From Lama glama (Eukaryota): DNA of 64,000 nucleotides. This document shows positions 12,013 to 23,800 of the stretch, piece after piece. The DNA lies in assembly GCA_028534125.1 (NCBI GenBank), contig CM052828.1, forward strand, positions 60,140,001-60,204,000, given 5' to 3'. The translations under genes were made by a program, and so were the position numbers. A model generated the notes under the pieces. The model was given only the letters and a program-made list of their open reading frames with translations, was not told where the DNA came from and searched no databases. How positions within the stretch are numbered: the first letter of the stretch is position 1; every line of letters begins with the position of its first letter.

Positions 12013-13376
12013 CCCACTGTTCTCCTCTCCAAGCCCTCCAGCCACCTGCAGAGAAATGCCGTCAGGCAGAGCCTCAGGGAGGCTGTACGTTTCGCGGCCG
12101 GCCTGACGGAGCCCACCCTCCGTAATGTGACTTTCCCCTCACTCCTCTTCTCCGCCTTCAGAAAGACTCAGATTCCGGACAACTAGCTACGAGTGGCTGA
12201 CGGTGGAGCAGATACGTGGAGAAAGACGCTGGGGTCTGTGACAATCGCCTAAAACTAACACCTTCAGATGCTTTCACCATATTGGGCGTGAGGCATGGTT
12301 AGCAGAGAGACAGGCAGTCAAACACTGAAGTTCCTGCCTTCTTGGAACGCACCCAGGGCTTGAGAGGTGTCGCTGGTTATGTTCGTGGGACCCCGACTGC
12401 ATCCATGAGGTGTTATGGATACGTACCTCGGGCTGCCCGTGATGCGCGGCGTGAAAATCCGCTATGGCCGGGCCCCTTGCCTCTGTTGTTGGCGGTGACC
12501 CTGCTCCGTGTCTGCCTTCCCAGAGACCCCGGACTCACTTCCGTGCGAGGCGCACTCGTTTATGTCCAGTCTTTCACTCCTGTCGCTGGCACCTTGCCTG
12601 CCATCTCCAGCCCGGTCACCTTTGAAGGATGGGCTCATTTCCCTCCATTTCCACAGTCCCTTCTTCTGCAGTCAGTGCTAGGACGCACTGAGAGCCTGCC
12701 TCGTGAGCCGTACTGAGGGGGGTTCTGGAAGAAGAGGTGCCGTCCTTGAACCCATGAGCAAGAAGAACTTACAGGCAAGAAACAGTGCAGCCGGTTAGCT
12801 TCCTCTTAACAGGGGGAGACAGGACGCAGAATGTGCAGGAGCTCACGGGCCTGTCTGGAGAGACTTGTGCTCGGAGGTCTCCCGGTTGTGACTGTGATTC
12901 GGGCAGGGCCACCTGTGGACATCACCAGCATTTGTAGAAGGAGCCGCTGCGGGGTGGGGGTCCCGGGAGGGAGCTGTTCTCCACTGGAAGCCCGTGGTAC
13001 CAGGGGCAGCACCCGAAGGCGGGGGCCACTTTGGGTGTGTCCCCGAGTCTGCTCGCCTGTGCCGTCATCGCCTCTACGCCCGGCAGCACAGGCTGAGGGG
13101 CGGCGGGACGGCTGCGTGGGACTCACACGTTGTAAGCGAAATCGCTCCCAGCCCAGGAATGAGCCTTCAGTGCATTAAACCTCAGCTGACGCCCTGTCTG
13201 CTGTCGACCCCCACGAACCTGGTTTCACCCTAACATGAATGGAGGCTGGTGTTAACTGCACTCTTATTTCCTGGGTTAACGGCTCCTAAACAGCGCCTCA
13301 TCACCAGGCCTCCTTGACCGCATGGAAGCCCAGTAACTGCTAGCTGGATGGCGCTCTTCTAGGGCACTGACTGCCA

Positions 13377-13686
13377 TTTAACAAACTGAAGTACAGGTGA
13401 TTCGCAGTGTTTTAAGCGTACAGCAGAGTGGTTCGGTTATACACAGGTATATAAACATGTGTTCTTTTCCAGGTTCTTTTCCATGGCAGGTTTGACAAGG
13501 TATTGAATGCAGGTGGCTGTGCTCTGCATACACCATGGGTCCTTGTTTTACGTTCAATAGTGTGTATCTCTTAATCCCAAATTCCAAATTTATGCCTCCC
13601 CTCCTCTTTTCCCTTTGGTAACCACAATTTTGTTTTCTATGTCTGTGAGTCTATTTCTGTTTTGTAAATAAGTTCATTTATATCAG
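13377..13686 (-). mobile_element. 5'-truncated L1 3' end (cetartiodactyl type)
   Basis: Antisense tail: taatcccaaattccaaatttat...tttggtaaccac..tttgttttctatgtctgtgagtctatttctgttttgtaaataagttcattt. Confidence 0.9.
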
Positions 13687-14246
13687 TGTCAGCACGCTCG
13701 GTTGGACACAGGATGGGACGTTTGGTCTCAGTGGATGCAGGGGACAGACCAGCCTTGACAGTAAACTCTAGCCCCTTTCATAGTCTCCCACGTAAAGCCC
13801 CCAGCAGTCAGCAAACAGCAGGAGGGTTCTGGGGAGGGGGTGGACTGGGGAAGATGCAACCACCTACAGCCTCTGAAGACGACCCCCTGCCCACACACGG
13901 TCGACAGGCCAGACCACGCGGACTCCCAAAGGCGCTAACCGAGGCGACACATGCAGTGTTTTCTAGGTTGGGCATGATTCACAGAACATCCTAAATTACC
14001 AGCTGAAAAATTCACCTGCACTCTGTAGTCCAGATTTACTTGTCACGTCCACAGACATGGCACAAACAACCAAGATTTTCAAATTTTGAGAATTCTATTG
14101 GGAAAAAGTGCTGACATTCAAGTAAGAAGCAATGGGCAAAAAGCGACAGGGAATAATGAAAATAAAAGCGCCCCGTGTTCTGTTTCCTCCTCGTGTTCCT
14201 TGGTGAAGTAACTCACAAATGCTTTAGAGGAAACGGAGGAGACAGG

Positions 14247-14283
14247 CTGTGCGTGTGTGAGAGAGAGAGAGAGAAAGAGAGCG
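14247..14283. repeat. (TG)n-(GA)n compound microsatellite
   Basis: tgtgcgtgtgtgagagagagagagagaaagagagcg. Confidence 0.8.
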
Positions 14284-14688
14284 CAGAAATATTGACGCCT
14301 GATGGGGTTAACCTCTGAAGCTGGTCTGCACCACATGAAAACTGTTCCCTGCCTCTCGGCGGCTCCGTTGTCAGATCAGCCTCCGGATGCCCCGGCCCAA
14401 GCTGCGCGGGGTGAGGCTGGGGTGGGGGGGTCTCTGCAATAGCGGGCTTGGTGCTCGGCTGGAAGAGGGTTTGCACTAACGCACTTCCTCTGGGCGGCAG
14501 ACGGCGCAGGCCTCTCTAGCCAGGGGGAGACTGACACCTGCTCTGCTCTGCTGTGCTGCCTCGTGAAGGTGCTCACACAGCCGGACAGGGGTCTAGCACC
14601 CCTTGGTCCCTTCTCCCTGAGAAAACTGCTGGAAACCGGGGCGCTGGGCCGGCAGGGCGCCGGCCGATGGGGAGGGATTCGTGAGGGT

Positions 14689-14707
14689 GGCCGCCCTCTA
14701 GCGGCGG
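14689..14707 (-). promoter_or_regulatory. Candidate CTCF motif in a small CpG-rich patch
   Basis: Reverse complement CCGCCGCTAGAGGGCGGCC matches the CTCF core CCRSYAGRKGGCRS. Confidence 0.5.
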
Positions 14708-16559
14708 GACGCGGGGAGACGCCTGAGCCTGGTGCACACACCGTGGCCGAAATGAACAGGATTTTCGCTCAGTGTGTGTGCTTCTGAGTCACAGGTACGT
14801 TCAAAGAATTTTTTCTTGCTTTTTCGGAAAAGAATGTGCAAACCCCTTTGCGCGCAAAGAAGATAAGTGTATGGACGCATCTGAGGATTGATGAGCACGG
14901 GGTTACCAGAGTCACTGCCGTGCCACAGGCGTCCCATCGTGGCACCCCGCCCTCGAGCACTGACTTTGTCCCCTTTGTGTGGCTTCCTGGTGTGTCTGTG
15001 GATGCCTGATGTGTGGTGCTTCCCATCTTTTGTTACCAAAACTAAAATGAAGTTGATGAATATTTAAAGCCAGGGGAGGCAGATGTATACACGGGCACGG
15101 AGACACATGTGTATCCTCTCGTACTGGCTGCATTTTGTGCATACCCTCCACGCGTAAGAGCTTCGCGGAAGTTATCGGAAATGGGATTTCTTCGTGGTCT
15201 GCTCCTACTTGTTCTCTCCTGCAGGGGAGAAACCGGGGACGCTTCTTTCCTTGTTGCCCTCAGATTTCTGGAATATTCCCTCCTGCGGTTTCACTTCTGT
15301 CTGCCTGTCTTTGGCTTTCTCCTTATATTTCTATTCTGTGTCTAGATGTGCCCCCAAACATTTATTCATTTGCTAACTTAGAGTACTATGGTTTAAATTA
15401 CTTATGATGCTACATTTATTTATGGATGTACTTATAAATATAGTTGTATAAATTTGTAAGTTATCCTGTAGAAGTTTCTAGGGACAGAGCAAGGCTCATC
15501 AGGGTACTCACCTCCTCTCAAAGCTGCCCTGCCTCCGGGGCACGGAGGGACCCCGGGGAAGCAATGTCAGCGTGGTGCGGGATCACGCAGCATCTTCCCT
15601 CTGGCCTGCGCGGCCCGGAGTCTCTTTAGGGAGAAAGGTGGAAACGGGTCCTAAGAAGAGTTCGTGTTCAGATGTCACGTTTAATAAAATGGTCTTACTT
15701 GTGTCATATCTGAAATCATAGTCACGGCATTTCAGGAGTTATAGTCCTTATTTTTAATTCTCACAGTTTTTGGTCTATTAACAACTATAACTTTGTAGAG
15801 GTTTTACCAGTGAAGTATCATGAAAGATTAGATTTTGAATAGATTTCAGGAGGGAGGGAACCGGAAAGTAGTTCTCAGTGGGTTCTCCTTTTCTGGGACA
15901 TTTCAGCGTCTTTCTCTGCAGCGCCGGTGCAGAAGCACTCGGCAGCTCACGTGTGGGAGGCCACATGTTAAACTGCTCATTCAACTTGGAAACACGGGTT
16001 TAATTATGTTTAGTGAACTCATTGACTATCTTGTCTCTGTCACGTCCAGGCCACTTCTGTTGATTAAGGCCCAATAATGACACGTGTGTGCGTGTGCGCT
16101 TTATGACCGCCTGGGCTTTATTAAGAATATGTAGGCTTAAATGAGATTTTTTAATCTAGTTTTTCTGTTCCTTTAAAATCACGTTTTAAAAAAATCAAAT
16201 CAAATCAAATCATGTCTTAAAAACACAGAACAGTTGCATGTGATCAAACATAGAACTCAGTCTCCCCCCCCCAGTCCAGCCCCTCACACGTGCTCGCCTC
16301 CCTGGAACTAATGGCTTCTTTTACATCCTCCCAAACTTCTCGATGAAAACGTGAGCGCAGCACAGAGGTGAGGATGCAGGTACCTGACACACAGACACGT
16401 GCGTGGCTTTCTTGTTTTGCACAGCTAGAGCCGTGCTGCAGAGCATGTGTGTGTGTTGTGTGCACACGGGACGCGCGTGTGGGTGTGTGCACGTGTGCTG
16501 TGCACACGCGCGTCATGTGCGCACACGCGCTTGTATGCAGAAGTCAAGAATGTTTCCAG

Positions 16560-17300
16560 TCTCTGGAGGCGGGGCGTGGGCTCAGCTGAGGCTCAGCGGG
16601 CAGCACCCCTGACCCGAGGGGGACCGCGGTGGGAAGAGCGCGAGGGGAGAGCGGGATCCGGACTCCGGCTCCTTCCCGCCGGGGCCGGTCCGGGCTGAGC
16701 CGCGGGTCCCCGCGCAGGAGCAGCCGCTGGCGCCACCTGCTGGCCAGGGCCCCCGGTCCCAGAGCCGGCGAGGGGGCGGGTGGGCTCAGCGCCCGGACCG
16801 CACCGCCTCGGCCCCGTGTGCTGTCCCCGCCTGGCCTGTTCCCGGCCTGGCTCCGGTGGCGTCTCTGCTCCGCAGATGCGCCGCGTCGCTTAAGCAAGGA
16901 GCGCGACGCGGCGGTGGGCGCCGGCCCTGCGCGGGCGGAGCCGCCCCGCCGCCCGGACGCGCGTCCCGCCCCGGGCGCCCTCTGCAGCGCCTCCTACCGT
17001 CCCACTCGCGCATTTCCCGTCGAGGGAATTCTCCGTTCCCTCTTCTGGAAATTAAACTGCGTTCCTGTGCTCTTGAAGCTCACGTCTTCCGGGAGGAGCT
17101 TCTAACGGGGAGAGGAGAGAGGTGAAGGCGTCACCGTCCCCTAGTTTAGTCCGAGCTCACCGCCTCGCCGTTGCTGGGACCCCGGGAAAGAGGCAGCAAG
17201 CCTCGTGATCACGGTGCGGGGTGGGGGGGGGGCAGGAGACAGCAGCCAGGCGGCTGCGCGCCGGGGGGCCCAGGGCTTCGTCAAAGCGGGGCTCCCGACA
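16560..17300. promoter_or_regulatory. CpG island, candidate promoter or regulatory element
   Basis: Very high GC and CpG density with multiple GC boxes (ggggcgggg, gggggcggg, ccgccccgcc); no recognisable coding exon. Confidence 0.8.
16728..16746 (-). promoter_or_regulatory. Strong candidate CTCF motif
   Basis: Reverse complement TGGCCAGCAGGTGGCGCCA against consensus TGGCCACCAGGGGGCGCTA; differences are at tolerated positions. Confidence 0.65.
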
Positions 17301-17517
17301 TTTTGAGTTTATTTCGTGTTGTCAGACACCTCATCTTCCCTGAGACCAGACTGTCTGCGTTCAGAAGCCATCCCTTCCACCTTTCGCTGGTGTGACCCTC
17401 CTGCTTTAATGTCTGAAGGAAATATGGAATGTTTATGGTTAGTTTAGAGGCAGGAGAACAGGAGAGAGCCACAGAGTTTTGGTCCTAAGGGACCCAGACA
17501 CCACCTGCTCCAAAGCT

Positions 17518-17622
17518 GATATTTTATAGTTAAGGAAACGGAAGTTCAGAGAGGGAGAACTGCTCTCCCAGAGTCACACAGCCCATCGGAGGCAGAACTG
17601 GGTTTCTGACTCTGAATTCTTG
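17518..17622 (-). mobile_element. MIR SINE fragment
   Basis: attttatagttaaggaaacggaagttcagagaggg...cccagagtcacacagc...ggcagaactggg...tctgactc. Confidence 0.75.
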
Positions 17623-20600
17623 AAGGGACTTGTCCTTCCGTGTCCTGATGCCACACCTGGTGGGACACGTGTGCCCGACCTGACCTGGCTTCTCATCCTC
17701 ACCCCAGTCTTGCCCTTTTGAGCAGGTCCCTCAGCCTCTGAGCCGCAGCTTCCCTCTCAGCAGAGGCCTTGGCTGGAAGTAGCAAGAGTGGCAGCGGGAG
17801 AGGAGCTGGAGTGGCCCGGCCCTGACGCCCCTGCAGCTCTGTGTGGAGGTTAGGCGAGAGCTTAGGTGTGGGGGGTCTAGGAGCCTCTGGGTGTGGGGGT
17901 GAGGGCTGGTGTGAGCTGAGCTGCAGGCTGTGTGGGCTGGTGTCCAGGGAAGGAAGTGGGAGGAGGCCAACCTCCCAAGCGGACACTGGCTTAGCTCCGA
18001 GGAGGCTGCGAAGGGGTGGCGGCGGGAGGACCGCGGGCATCTGCTGACCTGGCCTTGATCCTGGATCCCTGCAGGGCTCGTGCCTCGCAGGCCGCGGACT
18101 TAGAGGATCCCAAGCCAGGCTGGGAAGGACAAGGAACCTTTCACTGACCGTGGGCAGGGAGGGCACCATGGCTGGGGAGCCACCGGGGATGAGGTGAAGT
18201 TTGCCTGGAAGAGACCAGTGGGGACCCAGGCCAGCCCAGGACCGGCTTCGGACGCCATGGAAGGAGCAGGCGACCTCCTGGAGAAGTGACTGCCAATCTG
18301 GGGAGGGCCCCAGGATCTTTAACTGGCAGAATGAAGTTTTCTGCTCTTGGAGCCAGTGTGACGCTGCCCTTCAGCCAGGGCTGGTGGGAGGAGGGGCGGG
18401 GGGCAGCGCTTGTCTGCGCTCCCCTGAGGCCATGGTGTGATATTTGTTCTACCTGCTATGATTGCAAGGAGTGTGAGCGACTGGCTGTTCCATCCATCCC
18501 GTGCCTGCCTCCTTTTCGGAAACGGAAGGGGCCCATCACAGGGGGGTCAGGCGAGTGGGTTCCCGCTTTCACACTCACATGTGGTCCAAGTGGACCTAAG
18601 ATGCAGAGCCCCAGTCCACAGGGTCCCCAGGAGTCCTGGGGCCACAGGTTTACTTTTCCCACAGAGAGCGCCCCCCTCAAAGTCAGCCCAGGGCCTCTTG
18701 GTGGAGACAGTGGTGTGGGGCGGGCAGGGGGATGGAGGAAGGCCCAGGGTGAGGGGCGAGGCCCGGTCAGTAGGGGCAGGACGCCTGGCTGGCCGGGGCC
18801 TCGTGTGAGGGTGAACCGGGGGCAGGAGGATGGGGGCGGTGGAAGGGGAGAGAGGCACAGTCCCCAAGGGGCCGTTGGGCCTGCAGACCCTTCACGCCCC
18901 TAAAGTCACGGATCCCCCCCCTTGGCCGGCGCCTGGTGTCTGCTGCGCTCGTCCGTGGATGCTGTTGTTCAAAAGCACTTTCCCGGCATCTGCTCTGGTG
19001 CGGTGATCTGGGCAGTGCTGGTGGCACTGAGCACGAGCAGGGCAGACACGGACAGCCAGCAGCCTGCCAGGGCCGCGCTGGGGCCAAGGACCTGGGCTCA
19101 GCCGGAAGCAGGGGCTTTCAAGTTACTTTATCTGTTTGGGCGAACAAAGGAAAGTCCTCGGGTGGAGTCCTCTCCATTCAGGCAGGAAGGGATGTGATAA
19201 GGCGTGCCTTTCACTCAGCTTGTTGCGAGAACAGGGCGCTGGTTGCAGGAGAGGGGCCCCGGGGGTGGGGGCTGTCCTCCAGGGGTGGGGGCTGTCCCGC
19301 GACCCGAGGATGTGTGGGAACCTGCTGTCTACACAGGCTTTGTTTTCTGTTTTTGTTCCGATGAAAAATTACGTTTCACCATTGCAGACAACTTGGAAAA
19401 AGTATGAATGTAGAAAGGTGAGGGCTACCACCTGTGACGACACCTGAGCATAGGAAGCAACCGGCGCGCCCTCCGTGTGGGTCTGGGGCGGATGTGTGTG
19501 AACAGCCGTGCCTGCTGTATCCTGTCCGTACCGCCCCGCGGGCCAGCTAAAAAGGAAGTCTTTCGCTTTGGACTGAAATCCCATCTTTTTATTCTTTTGT
19601 CCCACGACGTGCCCGTCTTAGGGGGAAATCCCAACTGGTGAGTGTAGAGTTACACCCTGCACCGAGCCCTGGTCATCTTTTAAAGCCAATCATCGAGAAG
19701 CGACTCCATGAACGTTGCGTATAATTACGCAAGTACTTCCGTTTTCACACTGCCCTGGGGCGGAGAAGGGGGTGGGGAGAGGCCTCTGTCTCGGGGTCTC
19801 CTGGTGTCCCGTTCACGTGGCTCTTGCTCACCCCTGCGTTACTGGGTCCCCTGCGTTTATCCCCGTGATTTTGTGGTGTAGGTGGGGGAGACATAGCCTG
19901 CGTGGGACGCCGGCCACCCCAGGACGGTTGGGAGAACTTCTTGGCTGGAGGAGGAGTGAGAAAGCCCAGTGGGCTCAGGAAAACCGCTCTGGGGTCTCTG
20001 ACCCAAGGCGGGGGTCTTGCAAAGGCCTTTGCTGTAATGCTGCAAACAGTCCCATTTTTGGATTGTTGGTCCTTCCTGAGTGTGTTCAGATCCACGCCCC
20101 GGCTCTGGATTTGTCATCTTGACCCTGGAACACGGTGCCCAGAGAGTCAGGATGGGTTTTGTCTCCCTCCCAGGTCCTCAGCTCCCTTTGGGAACACGGA
20201 GCCTGGCTGCTCCTGGAACTCAAAGTCCGGGCGGGAGCGGCAGGGCTGAGAAGGCGGTACCTTGTCCCTCTACATCCCTTTCTTCTTTTATTTTAAACAC
20301 CTTCGTTGTGGTGTGGTTCCCAGACAGTGAACCACTCGTATTTCAGGGGCACAGTTCAGAGAGTTTTGATAGGTGCGCACACTCATGAAACCAGCACCAC
20401 AATTACTTCCCTTTATCCTAGGGTCACAGTCCCTAATGGAGGGATTCAATCTCTGTACCCGACTTTTCTAAAAGTGAGTTTTCTCAAATTGCCACCAGAT
20501 GTCAGTAAAATCCCTCTTAAAGTAAACGTGCAGCTGGGCAGGTGGATTCCTGAGAAGGCTGGGGCCTCGGGGTGTAGGTACCCGGGCGAGGCATGGGGTG

Positions 20601-21249
20601 GGTGGGAGGGGGGGCTGCTTCTGCGCTCACATGTTGCAGAGCTGATCCCGCCCCGGGCAGCTTCCCTGACAGGTGGCCGTGAGGCCTGGGCTGGTGGCCT
20701 GTTTGTGCAGAAGCCATGCAGTAGGGGGTCAAGGGGAAGGGTCCTGGGAGGGAGCCCTGGTGACGGCCCTTCTACCTGCGTCCAGACTCTTCGTTTCTGG
20801 GGGGACTGGGTCCTTTAACCCGGAGCTTAGCCCTGGCAGGTGACAGGCAGTGGCTCTGCCTTAGTGTGGTGACACTTATTCATGCGACTGTGGAAACCCC
20901 ATGGGGACCCTCCCGGACCAGGACTGCTCTGCATGCGGTGGAGACGACACCCTGGTGGGGGGTGTGCTGAGGAAGGGGTGACGCTGGGGGAGGAGGCACA
21001 AGGACTCACACTCAGCGTCCGTTTTCTCTTTGCCTTTGAAGCGGTGAGCGACTCCGGCCGGTTCTCCAGGGCTTTCCAGGCATTTCCACACGCCACCTCC
21101 ACGTGCCCCACCAGCAGCGTGGGGCAGCCCTGACGCACTGACGTTTGGTTGTGGTCTTACTTACGGGGTTGACGCTGATTCTAGAATCTCCAAGCCGGCA
21201 GGGGGTCGGCCGGGCCGGGTGGGCCTGGGGTGGGGGCAGGGTGGTGACC

Positions 21250-21415
21250 CTGGGCTTCGGAGTGTCACAGAGCTGGATTCCGATCCCAGCTGCTCAAGTT
21301 TACTTGGCCACCCGGGGGAGCTTCTTAATTATCCACCCAGCTTCCACCTTCTGCAGTGACCACAGGGACACCTTTGTCACAGTTTGAGGAAACATTTGTG
21401 GTGAGCGCACACAGA
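21250..21415 (+). mobile_element. MIR SINE fragment (diverged)
   Basis: ggagtgtcacagagctggattccgatcccagct...ttacttggcc...cttcttaa...cagcttccaccttctgca. Confidence 0.55.
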
Positions 21416-23599
21416 AGGGTCTGGGGAGGACGAGACCCCAGCAGGGGAGGCCCAAGGAGGGCGGCCCAGATGGACAGAGAGAGCACTTTACACTTGAATT
21501 TTCTCGTCCTGTCTTAAGTAGTAAATTTTATCTCATCAATGGCAAGACCCCATGAAAACAGGGAGGTTTGAAGAAGAACCAAGCTGAACTCCTAGACACG
21601 AGGAGCCAGTCTTCAAAATGAAAACGTAAATGAATGGTTTCGAGAGTTCATTGAATCCAGCCGGAGGGAGGATCTGCTAACGTTCGGAGCAACCGCTGGC
21701 GGTGACGTGAGATGGTGGCAGAGACGAGACCGGTTCACGGCCTGAGACGAGGATGAGCCGTTCTGGTGCGACTTCCCTGACCTGCAGGTGAGGCAGGGAG
21801 GCTCGGGGACGCGCGGGGTGAGCTCGAGCGTCACACCACCTGCCTGGTTCCATGTCCCTGAGGTGCGTGGTGTGGACGCCAGGGCATCTGACACCACAGA
21901 GGGCGATGGCGGGGGCACCCCTCAAAGGGCCCCGGGAACGGAGGGGTCGACATCGTGAAGGGGCTCAGAAACCTCCAAAGGCCCCTCGCGGGGCAACTCG
22001 TCCCCACCACCGCACACCCGCCGCCACCCACGCTGCCCACACTGAGAGGCGGGAGCGGAGTGTGCCCCTCCCAAGACGCTCCACTCCCCAGGAGGGGACG
22101 CCGTCAGCAAACGAGGGCTTACTTACGTTTTGGAAAAGATGGATTTTTTTGGACCATCACTCTCCAGTATTTGAGCAAAACAATACTGTAACGTGTGAGC
22201 AGAGGCGATCTGTGCTTCATATCAAAGTGAATCACGTCCCAGGGGCACGTTTCCTTCCATCCGTCTGCCGCCTCCCGGCCTCCCCGCAGCCCGTTGCTCT
22301 CGTCCTGCGGGTGCGTTACTGATGCTCAACATGCACTTTCTCCGGCTCACCACTCCCTGCCCTGCACTTTCACAGCTTTATTCTGGGGAGTCAGCCGTGA
22401 GGGAGGAGCCGTCTCTGAAAATCTTTGGATCAGAGTGGGACAGACCAGGGGATAAGCCAGCAGAACAGTGACCACGGGGACGGCTCCAGGGGCCGCGCCT
22501 GGGGGGTGTGTGTGACTCCACACTGGGAGCAAGAGGCCGGCATCACATGGGGCCACCACGCGTCACAGCGAGGAGCTGCGGGGGCCCGGGTGATGGGCAC
22601 CTGTGAACACAGCCACAGAGAAGAAGGCTGGCCGCGCCCAGTGGAACAGATCGGGGGCCCTTGGCAGCTGAGCAGATGCACCCTGGGGACATCGCTGTCA
22701 CCGAAAGCCCCAGAGGAGCCAGGTAAGTACAGTGGACGGCCAGCTGCGGAGACGCCGAGTCGCGGCTCATCTAGGAGCCCTGGGGCACCTGGGAGTAGAC
22801 AGGCGGCTGCCGCTGGCAGTGCTCTCCGTGGCTTCCACACCTGTGTCGGGTGGGGTTTCTGGCACAGACCTGGGGCCTGGCTGGGACGCTAGTGGGGGGA
22901 ACAGGAAGCAGTGAATTCTGTTATCGACACCGTCCGTCTGGGCAGCCGATTTACTTCAGCAGAGGCTTCCTCAGCCGGGGAGGTCTGCTTCCTTGTGTCA
23001 CAGTGACGTCTCTCCCTGCTTCAAACCTCGGCTTCCTGTGCCCACACCGTTCTGACTTGAATGCTCACATGCAGAAGAATTCCACATCTTTGCGGGTGGG
23101 AATCCAGCCCATGCAAGGGGTGGCTGCAGAGGGAGCGGGTGGCAGGCCGGGCGGGGCTCCTGGAGCAGCAGTCAAGGTGGTGGGACTGCAGGAGCCCTGG
23201 GTGATGACGTGGGGGTACCATCAGCTTTGCCATCATCGGACTGGCCGACGTGCCAGCACGCGGGCCTTTCTCTGCGGCAGGGGGGAAGTGCTGGCCACAA
23301 CCTGGGGGGGGCCATGCCCGCCCGCCGTCGAGGGCCCAGGGAGGGGCGGATGTGCAGGCCCTGTGGAGGGCAGCTGGCCCGGGGAGCGTGAGCACGCGGC
23401 TCCTGAAGGGCCCGGCTCAGCCCGTGCACACCCGCACGCAGCCCTGGCTGGAGACTGGGCGGGTACACACCCGCTTAGGGGCTGGGCAGACGGCCCCTCC
23501 TTCAGAGGAAGGGCCAGGAGGAAACCTCGATGGGAGGGAAAGGCGTCCAAGAGGGCAGCTGCCGGGCGGCTGGGAGGACGCTGGGCTTTGTCGTTGGGG

Positions 23600-23800
23600 G
23601 TGTCAGGGGCTGAGTGGTGTCCCTCAGAGCCCCAGTCCCTGGAACTTGTGAGCGTGACCTGACTTGGAGGTAGGGTCAGACGAGGGCATCGGGGTGCCCC
23701 TGATCCAGCGTGACCGTGTCCTCACGGGGGGCAGCGTGGACACAGACACACTCAGAGGACAAGGGACACTGAGGCCACCAGTGCTGAGGGAGGCGGACCC
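23600..23800 (+). mobile_element. MaLR LTR (MLT1-like) 5' fragment
   Basis: tgtcaggggctgagtggtgtccctca...cttgtgagcgtgacctgacttggaggtagggtc...cctgatccagcgtgaccgtgtcctca...ggacacagacaca. Confidence 0.65.
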
